Below, piece after piece: positions 10,636-21,772 of a stretch of 44,291 bases of DNA. The stretch lies in the NCBI GenBank assembly GCA_031379405.1, contig JANNFC010000383.1, positions 1-44,291 on the forward strand, in the 5' to 3' direction. This DNA comes from Betaproteobacteria bacterium (lineage in GTDB: Bacteria > Pseudomonadota > Gammaproteobacteria > Burkholderiales > SHXO01). Below the pieces are notes generated by a model. That model saw only the letters and a program-made list of their open reading frames with translations, was not told the origin of the DNA and did no database searches. Position 1 is the first letter of the stretch; each line of letters starts with the position of its first letter. Both the position numbers and the translations under genes were made by a program.

Positions 10636-11820
10636 TCAGTTTTGTCCCATCAGTTCGCGCTCCTCCATTCGGCGCGGGGGGTACGTCTCCCATCCTCCAC
10701 AAGCGGGGCAATGCCAGTAATACTGGCGCGCCTTGAATCCGCACCCGTCGCAACGATACAGGGACAATCCGCGAGTGTGTTGATGCATCAAGGTACGGAT
10801 CATCTCCAAATCCCGCCTGCGCTCAAGCGGCGCTTCCAACAACTGTGCTTCCAGCAACTTATCCAAGCCCATCAACGTCGGCGTGCGTTTCAACTCTTCA
10901 CGCACAAACTCATGGGCCTGCCCGGCGCCATCGGTATCTAGCACCGATTGATAGAGGACGTTGAACAAATCCAACGAAGGAAACGCCGCCAGATAGCCTT
11001 TCATCAGCGCCAAACCCACGGGCGTTAGGCTGGCTTGCTGATAGGCGGACAGCATGCGCTGGGCAACCAGAGCGAGATAGCGCGGATCCTGGCCTTCGAT
11101 GCGCTTCCAAGCCTCGATGGCCTGTTCAGGATGGCCGGTGGCGATTTCGATGTCGCCAAGAAGTATCGAAGCGCGTGCACATTTGCGATTAGTGGCCAGA
11201 GCCTGCTCGATATGCCGCCGCGCACTTTCATAACGCGAATGCGTGAGATCTTGTTGCGCCAACTCGCAGTAAAACTGTGCGACTTCGCGTTGATTCGGTT
11301 GATCGCCCTGTGACACGGCGGCTTCCGCGACGCCGATGGCCTTGCCCCAGTCCTTCTCTTTCTCGTAGATCTCCAGCAGCATCTCGCGGGCTTGCACTTC
11401 GAAGCTGGTGCCCTTGAGTTTTAAAAAGTATTCCTCGGAGCGGTCGAACAATCCCGCCTTGAGGAAATCCTGCCCCAACTCGAACAATGCGTGCAATCGC
11501 TGATCGGGCGCCAGATCCTCGCGATCCACCAGATTCTGATGCATGCGTATCGCGCGCTCGACTTCGCCACGCCGTCGAAACAGATTGCCCAATGCGAAGT
11601 GCAACTCCACGGTCTGAGGATCGACTTTCACCACCTCGATAAAGGCTTCGATGGCCTTGTCGGGCTGCTCGTTGAGTAGAAAATTCAGTCCGCGAAAATA
11701 CGAACGCGGCAACGCGCGCGATTCAGTGATGAGTTGCTTGATGTCGATCCGCGCCGCGATCCACCCTAAGGCGAAGAACAGCGCGAAACCCAGCAAGACC
11801 CAGCGATATTCGAATTCCAT
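10636..11820 (-). CDS. lapB: Lipopolysaccharide assembly protein LapB (YciM)
   Basis: The 394-aa protein has an N-terminal TM helix, TPR repeats and a C-terminal rubredoxin-like [23 protein letters not shown]. It lies immediately downstream of lapA, as in other Proteobacteria. Confidence 0.87.
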   Translation of the reverse strand: MEFEYRWVLLGFALFFALGWIAARIDIKQLITESRALPRSYFRGLNFLLNEQPDKAIEAFIEVVKVDPQTVELHFALGNLFRRRGEVERAIRMHQNLVDREDLAPDQRLHALFELGQDFLKAGLFDRSEEYFLKLKGTSFEVQAREMLLEIYEKEKDWGKAIGVAEAAVSQGDQPNQREVAQFYCELAQQDLTHSRYESARRHIEQALATNRKCARASILLGDIEIATGHPEQAIEAWKRIEGQDPRYLALVAQRMLSAYQQASLTPVGLALMKGYLAAFPSLDLFNVLYQSVLDTDGAGQAHEFVREELKRTPTLMGLDKLLEAQLLEAPLERRRDLEMIRTLMHQHTRGLSLYRCDGCGFKARQYYWHCPACGGWETYPPRRMEERELMGQN

Positions 11821-11825
11821 ATCGG

Positions 11826-12092
11826 CTAAGGTAACCGCGAATCCGCGGCACTAACGTTGGTTTGCCGGCGCTGGGTCATCAGCTCACGACGCTGGCGATA
11901 GAGTGCGGGAAATGCCCCGATCAGGCCCAACACAACGCCGCCGCAGAAAAACACCAAGAGTACCAAGGACAGCGGGGCCCGCCATTCGCGGCCCAGGAAT
12001 AGTCGAACCACGATGGGATCGGAGTTGCGCAGCGCAAAAGCCACCAGCAAGAAGAAAAGCGGAAGGAGAACAAGCCAATAAAGATAGCGCAC
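11826..12092 (-). CDS. lapA: Lipopolysaccharide assembly protein LapA (YciS/DUF1049)
   Basis: The 88-aa protein has two TM helices and sits directly upstream of lapB. Confidence 0.72.
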   Translation of the reverse strand: MRYLYWLVLLPLFFLLVAFALRNSDPIVVRLFLGREWRAPLSLVLLVFFCGGVVLGLIGAFPALYRQRRELMTQRRQTNVSAADSRLP

Positions 12093-12186
12093 TCGATGGC
12101 AACCGGCTGTCGACAGGAGGCAGGGCCGAAGCCCCGCGCCTATGTGGTGTAACGTGTTGTGGGGTTCGCCGTATCAAGCCTCAAGG

Positions 12187-12540
12187 CTAGTTGTCCCTAG
12201 GTTCTCGATAGGGCGAAGACAGAGGGAAGCTGCTGCTAGGCACGCCTGTCGAATGGGCGTCCACCTGATCCACCCGTTCCCGCAATTCTTTACCCGCCTT
12301 GAAATGGGGCACATACTTGGCGGGAACGTGAACCTTCTCGCCGGATTTCGGGTTGCGACCCGTACGAGGCGGCCGATAATTCAGGCCAAAACTGCCAAAG
12401 CCACGAATCTCGATGCGCTGCCCTTGCCCAAGGCTCTTGGACATGGCATCGAGAACCATCTTCACGGCCAACTCGGCGTCGCTGGCCACAAGCTGTGGAA
12501 ACTGAGTAGCAAGCTTCGCGATCAGCTCAGACTTCGTCAT
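12187..12540 (-). CDS. ihfB: Integration host factor subunit beta
   Basis: The sequence [11 protein letters not shown]...[49 protein letters not shown] is a near-canonical HU/IHF fold sequence. It has a C-terminal tail of ~25 aa. Confidence 0.92.
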   Translation of the reverse strand: MTKSELIAKLATQFPQLVASDAELAVKMVLDAMSKSLGQGQRIEIRGFGSFGLNYRPPRTGRNPKSGEKVHVPAKYVPHFKAGKELRERVDQVDAHSTGVPSSSFPLSSPYREPRDN

Positions 12541-12551
12541 GGCACCCCTAC

Positions 12552-14306
12552 CTACTGGTTGGTGTTCTTCGTATCCAACTTGGCCTTGAGCAACGCGCCG
12601 AGATTCGTAGTACCTGCGTTAGCGGGTGCATCGGCAGCATGCTTCTGCATTGCTTCGGATTCCTCGGCCATGTTCTTGGCCTTGATCGACAGGTTGATAG
12701 TGCGATTCTTCCGATCGATGTTGATGATCATCGCATTCACCCGGTCGCCTTCCTTCACATGCGAGCGGATATCCTCTACTCGATCGCGCGACACTTCGGA
12801 GGCGCGCAAATACCCTTCCACGTCGCCATCCAAGGTCACCACAGCACCCTTGGCGTCCACCGACTTCACCACGCCATCCACCAGTGTGCTCTTGTCGTGG
12901 GTTGCCACATAAGCAGTGAAGGGGTCACCCTCGAGCTGCTTGATGCCCAACGAGATACGCTCGCGCTCAACATCGATGGAGACCACCACGGCTTCCATTT
13001 CGTCGCCCTTTTTGTAGCGGCGCACGGCCTCTTCGCCGGACATGGTCCAGGACAAATCGGAAAGGTGAACCAAGCCGTCGATCCCACCGGCCAGCCCGAT
13101 GAACACGCCGAAATCGGTGATGGATTTGATCTGGCCCTTGACCTTGTCGTTCTTGCGATAGTTGGCGGCAAACTCTTCCCATGGGTTGGGCATGCACTGC
13201 TTCATACCCAGCGAAATGCGGCGGCGTTCTTCGTCGATTTCCAGAATCATCACTTCCACTTCGTCGCCCATCTGCACCACACGCGAAGGATGAATGTTCT
13301 TGTTGGTCCAATCCATCTCGGAAACGTGCACCAGCCCTTCGATGCCGGACTCGATCTCCACGAACGCGCCGTAGTCGGTGAGGTTGGTCACTTTGCCGAA
13401 CAAACGCGTGCCCTGCGGATAGCGACGTGCGATACCAACCCACGGATCCTCGCCCAACTGCTTGAGGCCCAGTGACACGCGGTTCTTCTCTTGATCGAAC
13501 TTGAGGACCTTGGCTTCCACTTCATCACCCACCGTGAGAACTTCGGAAGGATGCTTGACGCGGCGCCATGCCAGATCGGTAATGTGCAACAGGCCGTCGA
13601 TTCCACCCAGGTCAACGAACGCGCCGTAATCGGTGATGTTCTTCACCACGCCCTTGACGGTGGCACCTTCCTGCAAGCTGGTGAGCAACGCTTCACGTTC
13701 CGCGCCCTGCGTGGCTTCGAGCACCGCGCGGCGGGATACAACCACGTTATTGCGCTTGCGATCAAGCTTGATCACCTTGAAGTCCATCAGCTTGCCTTCA
13801 TAGGGATTGGTGTCCTTGACCGGACGCAGATCCACCAGCGAACCGGGCAGGAAGGCGCGAATGCCGTTGATCATGACGGTCAGGCCGCCCTTGACCTTGC
13901 CATTCACCAAGCCCTGCACGATTTCGCCTTGCTCGAGTGCCGTTTCCAGACTCATCCATGCGGCCAGACGCTTGGCCTTCTCGCGTGACAGGCGCGTTTC
14001 CCCGTGCCCATCTTCGAGGGAGTCGATGGCAACCTGAACGAATTCGCCCTCCTTGACCTCCAGCTCACCGCGATCGTTGCGGAATTCCTCCAGCGGAATA
14101 TAGCTCTCTGACTTGAGCCCCGCGTTGACCACTACGAAGTTGGCATCCACGCGCATGACTTCGGCGGTAATGACTTCGCCCGCACGCATCTCCTTGCGTG
14201 TGAGGCTTTCCTCGAACAGGGCGGCGAAACTTTCCGCACCTGCGGCGGCAAGCACGTTGGATTTAGCTGAGGGTAATATGGCTTGGGGCTTGGCTGCAGA
14301 GGTCAT
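12552..14306 (-). CDS. rpsA: 30S ribosomal protein S1
   Basis: The 584-aa protein has six S1/OB repeats (repeated GxV..I..FGAFV.L..G..GL.H.S motifs). The conserved [11 protein letters not shown] begins at aa 25, so the true start could lie downstream of the annotated ATG. Confidence 0.93.
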   Translation of the reverse strand: MTSAAKPQAILPSAKSNVLAAAGAESFAALFEESLTRKEMRAGEVITAEVMRVDANFVVVNAGLKSESYIPLEEFRNDRGELEVKEGEFVQVAIDSLEDGHGETRLSREKAKRLAAWMSLETALEQGEIVQGLVNGKVKGGLTVMINGIRAFLPGSLVDLRPVKDTNPYEGKLMDFKVIKLDRKRNNVVVSRRAVLEATQGAEREALLTSLQEGATVKGVVKNITDYGAFVDLGGIDGLLHITDLAWRRVKHPSEVLTVGDEVEAKVLKFDQEKNRVSLGLKQLGEDPWVGIARRYPQGTRLFGKVTNLTDYGAFVEIESGIEGLVHVSEMDWTNKNIHPSRVVQMGDEVEVMILEIDEERRRISLGMKQCMPNPWEEFAANYRKNDKVKGQIKSITDFGVFIGLAGGIDGLVHLSDLSWTMSGEEAVRRYKKGDEMEAVVVSIDVERERISLGIKQLEGDPFTAYVATHDKSTLVDGVVKSVDAKGAVVTLDGDVEGYLRASEVSRDRVEDIRSHVKEGDRVNAMIINIDRKNRTINLSIKAKNMAEESEAMQKHAADAPANAGTTNLGALLKAKLDTKNTNQ

Positions 14307-14414
14307 CAGGAAAAAAAATCACTTCATAAAATCCGCGCGGGAACGCGGGGTTGGTTAAACAAGTCTCAAGTCTCTCTTCAATGGGGCATTCGTCAGAATC
14401 ACGGCAATGCCTTG

Positions 14415-16394
14415 CTAATTCGAGTCCGAGGGTTCTACTGCTTGCATCGATTCGGTCCAGGCGAGCACTTGATTTACGGCCTGTTCGACACTCATTGCAG
14501 TGGTATCGAGCAGGTGTGCGTCCTGACAGCGCTGGAGCGGCGCGAGGCTGCGTTGCGCGTCGCGTGCGTCCCTGGCGTTGATGTCAACCAAAAGGCTCGG
14601 CAGGCTAACACTTATCCCCTTTGCCATCAACTGCTTATAGCGGCGGCGCGCACGCGCTTCGGCGGACGCGGTCAAAAATACCTTGAGATTGGCGTCGGGG
14701 AACACCACTGAGCCCATATCGCGCCCGTCCGCCACCAGTCCGGGAAGGTTGCGAAAAGCCCGCTGACGCTCCAGCAAGGCGGTGCGAACCCCAGCCACGG
14801 ACGACACGCGTGAAGAGGCATCGGATACATCCTCCCGGCGGATGCGGTCCGTCACTTTGACACCCTTCAGGTAGATTTCCCCATCCTCGAAGCGCGCATC
14901 CAGTGCCGCCGCCAATCGCGCCAGGCCTTCTTCGTCCTGCATGGGGATATCGGTTTCAATGGCGGCCAAAGCCACCAGTCGATAGAGCGCGCCACTATCC
15001 AGGAAGTGATAGCCCAGGGCTCGCGCCACCGCCGCCGCTACCGTCCCCTTGCCGGAGGCGGACGGACCGTCAATGGCAATCACCGGCGCGATGCCAGTCA
15101 GCGCACCAAAGCGCTCGAAATAACTGGGAAAGGTCTTGGCGACGCACTTCGGGTCCAGAATGCGTATCGGGACACCCCCCAATGCCACCAGCGAGAAGCA
15201 CATGGCGATACGATGGTCGTCATAGGTGGCGATATGCGCATGCGGCGTGAGGGCGGCGGGCGGATCGATGCGAAGGTAGTCCGGACCCTCCTCGACGATG
15301 GCGCCCAGTTTGCGCAGTTCGGCGGCCATGGCGGCAAGGCGGTCAGTTTCCTTGACGCGCCAACTGGCAATGTTGCGCACACGACAGGGACCATCGGCAA
15401 ACAGTGCCGCCACCGCCAGGGTCATGGCGGCGTCGGGAATGTGATTCAGGTCCATGTCAAAGGCACGCAACCGGCCCTGGGAGGGCGCCCTTGCCTCGAT
15501 CCAATTCTCGCCGTATGCAATGCGGGCACCCAGACTTTGCAGGGCTTCGGCAAAGCGCACGTCGCCCTGAATGCTGCCGTGCCCTACCCCCTGCACCCTA
15601 ACTGGGCCGCCACCGATGGCCCCTGCCGCCAGAAAGTATGAGGCGCTGGAAGCATCACCTTCCACGTGGAGGTGGGCCGGCGCTTGATAACGCTGCCCGC
15701 CGGCGATGCCGAAGGCGCGCCATTCCTCACGCGTGACCTGTATACCGAATTGGCCTAGCATCCGGAGCGTGAGTTCGATATATGGCTTGGAGATCAGATC
15801 CCCGAGGACTTCGATACGCACGTCCTCGCCCGTCATGGGTAACGCCATCAGCAAGGCCGTAAGAAACTGGCTGGAGACCTCTCCCCGCACCCGAACCGGC
15901 ACCCCCGGCCGCACGCCAGCGGGGAATATCTCGAGGGGCGGAAAACCCTCGTTTCCAAGGTAACGGATATCCGCGCCTATCTGTCTAAGCGCATCCACTA
16001 GATCGCCAATGGGACGCTCATGCATTCTTGGCACGCCGGATAGCCTGTAGTGTCCACCGGTCAGCGCCAGTGCCGCAGTGAGCGGACGAAACGCGGTCCC
16101 CGCATTGCCCAGAAACAGATCCGCGTCCTTGACCGAAAATACCCCGCCGCAACCCTGCACAAAAACCTCTTCGGCGCTGGCGCCCGGGTCGATTCTCACG
16201 CCCAAGCGCTGCAAGGCATCCAGCATGTGCGCCACGTCTTCGGAATCGAGCAGGTCGTGGACATGCGTCGTGCCTTGAGACAACCCGGCCAGTAGCAGCG
16301 TGCGGTTGGAAATGCTCTTCGAACCTGGTAGGCGCACAGTACCTTGCGCGCGCTGCAGGGGAGGCAAATCGATGTATGGGGGATAGTGCCTCAT
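14415..16394 (-). CDS. aroA: Bifunctional 3-phosphoshikimate 1-carboxyvinyltransferase / cytidylate kinase (AroA-Cmk fusion)
   Basis: This is a single 659-aa ORF. Residues 1-~433 are EPSP synthase ([40 protein letters not shown]). Residues ~437-659 are Cmk ([14 protein letters not shown]-loop, [22 protein letters not shown]). I read no stop or frameshift at the junction near 15,085. Confidence 0.9.
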   Translation of the reverse strand: MRHYPPYIDLPPLQRAQGTVRLPGSKSISNRTLLLAGLSQGTTHVHDLLDSEDVAHMLDALQRLGVRIDPGASAEEVFVQGCGGVFSVKDADLFLGNAGTAFRPLTAALALTGGHYRLSGVPRMHERPIGDLVDALRQIGADIRYLGNEGFPPLEIFPAGVRPGVPVRVRGEVSSQFLTALLMALPMTGEDVRIEVLGDLISKPYIELTLRMLGQFGIQVTREEWRAFGIAGGQRYQAPAHLHVEGDASSASYFLAAGAIGGGPVRVQGVGHGSIQGDVRFAEALQSLGARIAYGENWIEARAPSQGRLRAFDMDLNHIPDAAMTLAVAALFADGPCRVRNIASWRVKETDRLAAMAAELRKLGAIVEEGPDYLRIDPPAALTPHAHIATYDDHRIAMCFSLVALGGVPIRILDPKCVAKTFPSYFERFGALTGIAPVIAIDGPSASGKGTVAAAVARALGYHFLDSGALYRLVALAAIETDIPMQDEEGLARLAAALDARFEDGEIYLKGVKVTDRIRREDVSDASSRVSSVAGVRTALLERQRAFRNLPGLVADGRDMGSVVFPDANLKVFLTASAEARARRRYKQLMAKGISVSLPSLLVDINARDARDAQRSLAPLQRCQDAHLLDTTAMSVEQAVNQVLAWTESMQAVEPSDSN

Positions 16395-17281
16395 GCGCCC
16401 GCCTTCTTCTGCAGCCAGCGATCGCGCGCGCTGCGAGCCTGCTGGAATAGTGCCGCCAATTCGGTGGCCTTGCCGTGGGCGATCAGATTTCGCATGGATT
16501 GCAACGCCGCCTGGTAATCATCCAACTCGCGTAGCAACGCTTCACTGTTGGCGAGACAGATGTCGCGCCACATTTCCGGTGAACTGCTGGCAATGCGCGT
16601 GAAATCTCGAAACCCGGCGCCGGCGAAAGAGAACAATTCCTCGCCATCGGGCTGAGCGGCCATCATCGACACCAAAGCGAATGCCAAGGCGTGCGGGAGG
16701 TGGCTCACCGCGGCAAACACTTCATCGTGGCGTTGTGCCGACATTTCCACTACGCGCGCGCCGCAAATGTGCCACGCGGCGCGCACCATCGCTGTGGCAT
16801 CAACTGGCGTTTCCGACAGTGGCGTCAGTACCACCAGCCGGTTGCGATAGAGCGCGCCATCCGCCGCCTCGACTCCCGAATGCTCCGCGCCCGCGATGGG
16901 GTGAGCCGGAACGAACTGCGCAAGCCTGGCCCCGAAAGCCGCTCTCGCGGCGGCCACCACATCCTGTTTTGTGCTACCCCCATCGGTCACCACACACCGC
17001 ACCGGAAGATAAGGGACGATGCTTGTCATAACGCCCGCCGTGTGCGCCACTGGCACCGTCAGCAGCACCATATCGGCGTCGTGCAGCGCAGCGCCCAAGT
17101 CCGCTCCGATCTCGTCGATGACGCCGCGCTCGATGGCGCGATCCAGGTTGGCGCGGCTACGCCCGACGCCCACCACATGTTTTACAACGCCGGCACCCTT
17201 AAGGGCCAAGGCGAAGGAACCACCAATTAACCCGACCCCGAATACGACGAGCTTGCCGAGGTGAAAGGAACTAGCCCGCAT
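16391..17281 (-). CDS. tyrA: Prephenate/arogenate dehydrogenase
   Basis: The 296-aa protein has [16 protein letters not shown] (Rossmann), HPIAG and SHLPH motifs. Its stop overlaps the aroA start in an ATGA. Confidence 0.85.
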   Translation of the reverse strand: MRASSFHLGKLVVFGVGLIGGSFALALKGAGVVKHVVGVGRSRANLDRAIERGVIDEIGADLGAALHDADMVLLTVPVAHTAGVMTSIVPYLPVRCVVTDGGSTKQDVVAAARAAFGARLAQFVPAHPIAGAEHSGVEAADGALYRNRLVVLTPLSETPVDATAMVRAAWHICGARVVEMSAQRHDEVFAAVSHLPHALAFALVSMMAAQPDGEELFSFAGAGFRDFTRIASSSPEMWRDICLANSEALLRELDDYQAALQSMRNLIAHGKATELAALFQQARSARDRWLQKKAGA

Positions 17282-17301
17282 ATCTCAACGACAGGCTTCG
17301 A

Positions 17302-18405
17302 TTAGGTGTGAAGGGATTCGGACAATGCGCTCAGGAAGCGCTCGTTCTCCTGAGGCAAACCGATGGTCACGCGCAGATACTCCGGCATACCGTAACCGGC
17401 CACCGGTCGCACGATCACGCCTTTGCGTAGCAAGCGCTGATAGATCTCGTCAGCCGCCCCGACCTTCACCGTCACGAAGTTACCGTGCGAAGGAATGTAG
17501 CTGAGCCCGAGCCGGGTCACGCCTTGCGTGATCTGAACCATCCCCTTCGCGTTCGCAGCCGCCGACTCGCGCACGAATTGCTGGTCAGCCAGCCCCGCCA
17601 GCGCCGCCGCTTGCGCCACGCTGCTGACATTGAAGGGCTGACGCACGCGATTGAGGATCTCCGCCGTGTCGGCGTGCATGAGCGCGTATCCGATACGCAA
17701 CCCCGCCAACCCGTAGGCCTTGGACAAGGTACGCGTGATCACTAGATTCGGAAATTCCCTGAGCCACGCCACCGTATTCCCGCGCAATGCGTCGCTCAAA
17801 TACTCGCTATAGGCTTCGTCCACCACGACGATGACTCTTGACGGTACACGCGCAATGGCGCGCTTGAGCGCATCGCTCTCGATAAACGTCCCGGTGGGGT
17901 TGTTGGGATTGGCGATCCATAGCACGCGCGTGTCAGACCGAATTGCCGCCACCATGGCGTCCAAATCATGACCGAATATCTGGGCTGGCACCACGATCGG
18001 CGTCGCCCCCATGGCCTGCACCGCCAGCGGATAGACCACGAATGCATGCTGCGCATAGACCGACGAACTGCCGGGATGGAGCATGGCCTTGGCCACCATC
18101 TCCAGCACGTCGTTGGAGCCGTTTCCCAACACAATTTGCGCGGGCGACACCGAGCAATGCTTGGCGATGGCTTCCTTGATGGCGAAGCCGTTGCTATCGG
18201 GATAACGCGCCACATCGCGCATCTCGCGTTCGACAGCTTGCTTCGCCAGCGGGCTACAACCCATAGGATTCTCATTGGAGGCGAGTTTGATAATGTTGTT
18301 TTCATCCAAGCCCATTTCCCGCGCCAGTTCCGAGACGGGTTTGCCCGGTTGGTAAGGCGCGATGGCGCGCACATATCCGGGTGCGAGTTCACAAGCCTCG
18401 ATCAT
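17302..18405 (-). CDS. hisC: Histidinol-phosphate / aromatic aminotransferase (class II)
   Basis: The 367-aa protein contains KLASNENPMG, NPNNPTG and TLSKAYGLAGLRIGY (PLP lysine). It sits in the pheA-hisC-tyrA-aroA context. Confidence 0.85.
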   Translation of the reverse strand: MIEACELAPGYVRAIAPYQPGKPVSELAREMGLDENNIIKLASNENPMGCSPLAKQAVEREMRDVARYPDSNGFAIKEAIAKHCSVSPAQIVLGNGSNDVLEMVAKAMLHPGSSSVYAQHAFVVYPLAVQAMGATPIVVPAQIFGHDLDAMVAAIRSDTRVLWIANPNNPTGTFIESDALKRAIARVPSRVIVVVDEAYSEYLSDALRGNTVAWLREFPNLVITRTLSKAYGLAGLRIGYALMHADTAEILNRVRQPFNVSSVAQAAALAGLADQQFVRESAAANAKGMVQITQGVTRLGLSYIPSHGNFVTVKVGAADEIYQRLLRKGVIVRPVAGYGMPEYLRVTIGLPQENERFLSALSESLHT

Positions 18406-18406
18406 C

Positions 18407-19471
18407 TTATCCAGCCACCGGGTAGGAACCGAGAATTTTCAAGAAGGAAGCGTGTTCTTGTGCTTCGTCCAAGGCGGCCGCCACTTTCGCATCCTCGCGA
18501 TGCCCTTCGATATCGACGAAGAACAAATACTCCCACAAGCCTTGGCGAGAAGGGCGCGACTCCAGGCGTGTCATGGAAACGCCGTGCTGGGCGAAGGGCG
18601 TGAGCAACGTGTGCATGGCGCCGGGACGATTGCGCGTGGACATGACCAGCGAGGTCTTGTCACGCCCGCACGGCGCCGCGTCGCGCTCGGCCAGCACAAG
18701 GAAGCGTGTGGTGTTGTTCGGTTGGTCTTCGATGTTCTCGGACAGCAGTTGCAGGCCAAACAACGGCGCCGCCGAGCGACTCCCTAGGGAGGCCGCCGTG
18801 GGGTCCGTACTGGCTTGGCTGGCCGCCTCGGCGTTGCTCACGACCGCCACCCGCTCCGCCTTGGGAAAATTGTGATTGAGCCATTCGTGGCATTGCGCAA
18901 GACTTTGCGCATGCCCCAGGATTCGCGAAATAGCGGTGCGATCCTGCGCCTTGCTCATCAGGCACTGATGCACGGGCAGCACCACTTCGCCGCACAGTTT
19001 GGCCGAACTGGTCACCAGCAAATCCAGCGTACGGCCGATGGCGCCTTCGGTGGAATTTTCCACCGGCGCCACCCCGAAGCGCACCTGTGCGGCTTCCACC
19101 TGACGGAACACTTCGTCGATGGAAGCGCAAGCAACCCCGTTGGCCGAGGATCCGAAGTGCTTGCGCGCCGCCTCTTCACTGAAGGTGCCGCGTGGTCCCA
19201 GGTAAGCCACGGATAGGGGTTCTTCGATGGCTCGGCATGCCGAGATCACTTCCGTGAACAGCCGCCGAATGGTTTCGCCGGACAAAGGCCCACTGTTGAG
19301 CGTCTCCAAGCGACGCAACACCTGCGCCTCGCGCTCCGGGCGGTAGATCACGCCGTCGTTTTTCATGGTGCCGATGTCATGGGCCGTCTGCGCGCGTTCG
19401 TTGAGCAGCCGCAGCAACTGCGCATCGATTTGATCGATGCGCTCACGCAGGGGCTTGAGGGCTTCGGACAT
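18407..19471 (-). CDS. pheA: Bifunctional chorismate mutase / prephenate dehydratase (P-protein)
   Basis: The 354-aa protein has an N-terminal CM_2 helix (LRERIDQIDAQLLRLLNERA), a PDT domain (VAYLGPRGTFSEEA, ENSTEGA, TRF) and a C-terminal ACT domain with ESRPS. Confidence 0.9.
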   Translation of the reverse strand: MSEALKPLRERIDQIDAQLLRLLNERAQTAHDIGTMKNDGVIYRPEREAQVLRRLETLNSGPLSGETIRRLFTEVISACRAIEEPLSVAYLGPRGTFSEEAARKHFGSSANGVACASIDEVFRQVEAAQVRFGVAPVENSTEGAIGRTLDLLVTSSAKLCGEVVLPVHQCLMSKAQDRTAISRILGHAQSLAQCHEWLNHNFPKAERVAVVSNAEAASQASTDPTAASLGSRSAAPLFGLQLLSENIEDQPNNTTRFLVLAERDAAPCGRDKTSLVMSTRNRPGAMHTLLTPFAQHGVSMTRLESRPSRQGLWEYLFFVDIEGHREDAKVAAALDEAQEHASFLKILGSYPVAG

Positions 19472-20656
19472 TTAGCGCGCTGCCGGCAAATAGCGCACAG
19501 CCAGCACGCCGTGAATGGCGCCCAGCTGATCCGTAACAGCGGTGAGCGGAGGACTATCCATGTCCACCAAGGTATAGGCCATTTCGCCCTTGGACTTGTT
19601 CAGCATGTTGTGGATATTGAGGCTGGCGGCTGCCAACGTGGTGGAGATTTGCCCCAACATATTCGGCACATTGGCATTCGCGATGGCCAGACGATAAGGC
19701 GATTCACGCGCCATCACCACATCTGGGAAATTCACCGCATTGCGCACACTGCCGTCTTCCAAATAATCGCGCACCTGATTCACCACCATTACCGCGCAAT
19801 TATCTTCCGCTTCTTTGGTGGACGCACCCAGGTGAGGCAGCGCCACCACACCCGGGTTACCGATCAATGCCGCGTGCGGAAAATCGCACACATAGGCTCG
19901 TAATCGTTTTTGGCCTAATGCCTCTGCCACTGCCGTGTGATCCACGATTTCTTCGCGCGCGAAGTTGAGCAGCACTGCGCCGTGCTTCATCAGCTCCAGA
20001 CGTTTGGCATTGATGAGATGACGCGTCGCCGGCAACAGCGGCACATGAATACTGACGAACTCACTGATGCGCAGCACTTCCTCGATACTGTTGGCCTTCT
20101 TCACCTGGGAGGGCAAACTCCAGGCAGCCTCCACGGTAATGTCGGGGTCGAATCCCAAGACATTCATGCCAAGCTTGATGCCCGCATCCGCCACCAGGCT
20201 GCCGATGCGACCTAAGCCGATCACGCCCAAAGTGCGGTTCGGTAGCTCGATGCCGGCATAGTGTTTCTTGTTGTCCTCGACCGTCTTGTTCAGATCACCT
20301 TCGACGCATCGCAAGCCTTCGACGAAGCGCGCCGCCGGCACTAGATTGCGCGCGGCCATGAGCATCCCCGCCAGCACCAGTTCCTTGACCGCGTTGGCAT
20401 TGGCGCCGGGGGCGTTGAACACCGGCACACCACGATCGCTCATGGCGGATACCGGGATATTGTTGGTCCCCGCGCCGGCGCGCCCGATGGCCTTGGCGCT
20501 GTGCGGTATGGCCATTCGATGCATGTCTTGCGAGCGCACCAAAATGGCGTCGGGATTCTCCATCTTGGCGTCGACGGTATAGCGCTCGCTCGGAAACAGC
20601 TTCAGACCGGCGCTTGAAATGGAGTTTAGAGTGAGAATGCGAAGTGGTGTACTCAA
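19472..20656 (-). CDS. serA: D-3-phosphoglycerate dehydrogenase (short form with C-terminal ACT-like domain)
   Basis: The 394-aa 2-hydroxyacid dehydrogenase contains GVIGLGRIGSLVA (NAD site), VSIHVPL, NFAREEIVD and HLGAST, and lies next to serC. The only in-frame start is TTG at 20656; see the repeat feature and the corresponding finding. Confidence 0.8.
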   Translation of the reverse strand: MSTPLRILTLNSISSAGLKLFPSERYTVDAKMENPDAILVRSQDMHRMAIPHSAKAIGRAGAGTNNIPVSAMSDRGVPVFNAPGANANAVKELVLAGMLMAARNLVPAARFVEGLRCVEGDLNKTVEDNKKHYAGIELPNRTLGVIGLGRIGSLVADAGIKLGMNVLGFDPDITVEAAWSLPSQVKKANSIEEVLRISEFVSIHVPLLPATRHLINAKRLELMKHGAVLLNFAREEIVDHTAVAEALGQKRLRAYVCDFPHAALIGNPGVVALPHLGASTKEAEDNCAVMVVNQVRDYLEDGSVRNAVNFPDVVMARESPYRLAIANANVPNMLGQISTTLAAASLNIHNMLNKSKGEMAYTLVDMDSPPLTAVTDQLGAIHGVLAVRYLPAAR

Positions 20657-20684
20657 AGCGGTGTACTCACAGTGGTGTACTCAT
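20642..20684 (-). repeat. Three tandem 14-nt units at the serC stop / serA start
   Basis: On the minus strand the units read TGAGTACACCACTG | TGAGTACACCGCTT | TGAGTACACCACTT. They create the frames ATG-AGT-ACA-CCA-CTG-TGA, GTG-AGT-ACA-CCG-CTT-TGA and TTG-AGT-ACA-CCA-CTT-CGC (serA). Confidence 0.9.
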
Positions 20685-21770
20685 CTAGCGATGCCCGTGC
20701 TCAGCCTCGAACTCGCGCATGAAACTGGCGAGAACCTGGACGCCCTCGAGGGGCATGGCGTTATAGATGGATGCACGCATACCACCCACGGAACGGTGTC
20801 CCTTGAGTTGCAGTAGCTGCTTGGATTTGGCTTGCTTCAGAAAGGCCTCATCGAATACTTCGTCGGGCAACGTAAAGGGCACATTCATGCGCGAGCGATC
20901 CCGACTAGTCACGGGGCTTCTGTAAAATCGGCTGCTGTCCAGCAAGTCGTAGAGTACCTGCGCCTTTTCGATGTTGTATTGTTCCATCGCCTTCAAGCCA
21001 CCGCGTCGCTTCAACCACTGAAACACTAGCCCGGCCACATACACTGCGAAGGTTGGCGGGGTGTTGAACATGGAGCCGTGGTCGGCTTGAACCTTGTAAT
21101 CGAGCATGGAAGGCGTGCCGGGTAAGGTGTGTCCCAGCAGATCGGCGCGCACGATGACGATGGTCAAACCCGCCGGTCCGATGTTTTTTTGCGCACCGGC
21201 GTAAATCATACCGAAGCGCGACACATCGATGGGGCGCGACAAAATGGTCGAGGACATATCGCATACCAGCGGCACGTTTCCGGTATCGGGGATCCAATGA
21301 AACTCGACGCCGCCAATGGTTTCGTTGGCGGTGTAGTGCACATAAGCCGCCTCGGGGTCCAGGCGCCAGCGCTCCTGTGCCGGGGCGTAAGTGAACTTGG
21401 CGTCTTCGCTGCTGGCGGCGATATTGACCCGACAATATTTCTTCCCTTCATCGATGGCTTTCTTGGCCCATTCGCCGGTGTGGATGTAGTCAGCCTTCTG
21501 CCTTCCGCGCAACAGATTCATGGGGATGGCCGCGAACTGCAGGGTGGCGCCGCCTTGCAGAAACAGTACCTTGTAGTTCGTCGGAATCGCTAGGATCTCG
21601 CGCAAGTCCTGCTCGGCCTGCGCGGCGATGGCCATGAATTCCTTGCCACGGTGACTCATTTCCATCACAGAGGTACCACAGCCATGCCAGTCCAGCATCT
21701 CATCGCGGGCGCGTTCGAGTACTTCCTGGGGCAACACCGCGGGCCCCGCACTGAAATTAAAAACCTTCAT
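20685..21770 (-). CDS. serC: Phosphoserine aminotransferase
   Basis: The 361-aa protein begins [15 protein letters not shown] and contains SHRGKEF and [17 protein letters not shown] (PLP lysine). Confidence 0.92.
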   Translation of the reverse strand: MKVFNFSAGPAVLPQEVLERARDEMLDWHGCGTSVMEMSHRGKEFMAIAAQAEQDLREILAIPTNYKVLFLQGGATLQFAAIPMNLLRGRQKADYIHTGEWAKKAIDEGKKYCRVNIAASSEDAKFTYAPAQERWRLDPEAAYVHYTANETIGGVEFHWIPDTGNVPLVCDMSSTILSRPIDVSRFGMIYAGAQKNIGPAGLTIVIVRADLLGHTLPGTPSMLDYKVQADHGSMFNTPPTFAVYVAGLVFQWLKRRGGLKAMEQYNIEKAQVLYDLLDSSRFYRSPVTSRDRSRMNVPFTLPDEVFDEAFLKQAKSKQLLQLKGHRSVGGMRASIYNAMPLEGVQVLASFMREFEAEHGHR

Positions 21771-21772
21771 TG

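Noticed and set aside
12639-13475. A 278-aa plus-strand ORF opposite rpsA, with similar long antisense ORFs opposite aroA/cmk (15006-15641), hisC (17968-18603), serC and pheA.
   Set aside because: These are shadow ORFs of strongly supported genes. They have His/Arg/Gly-rich low-complexity translations and no RBS or start context.
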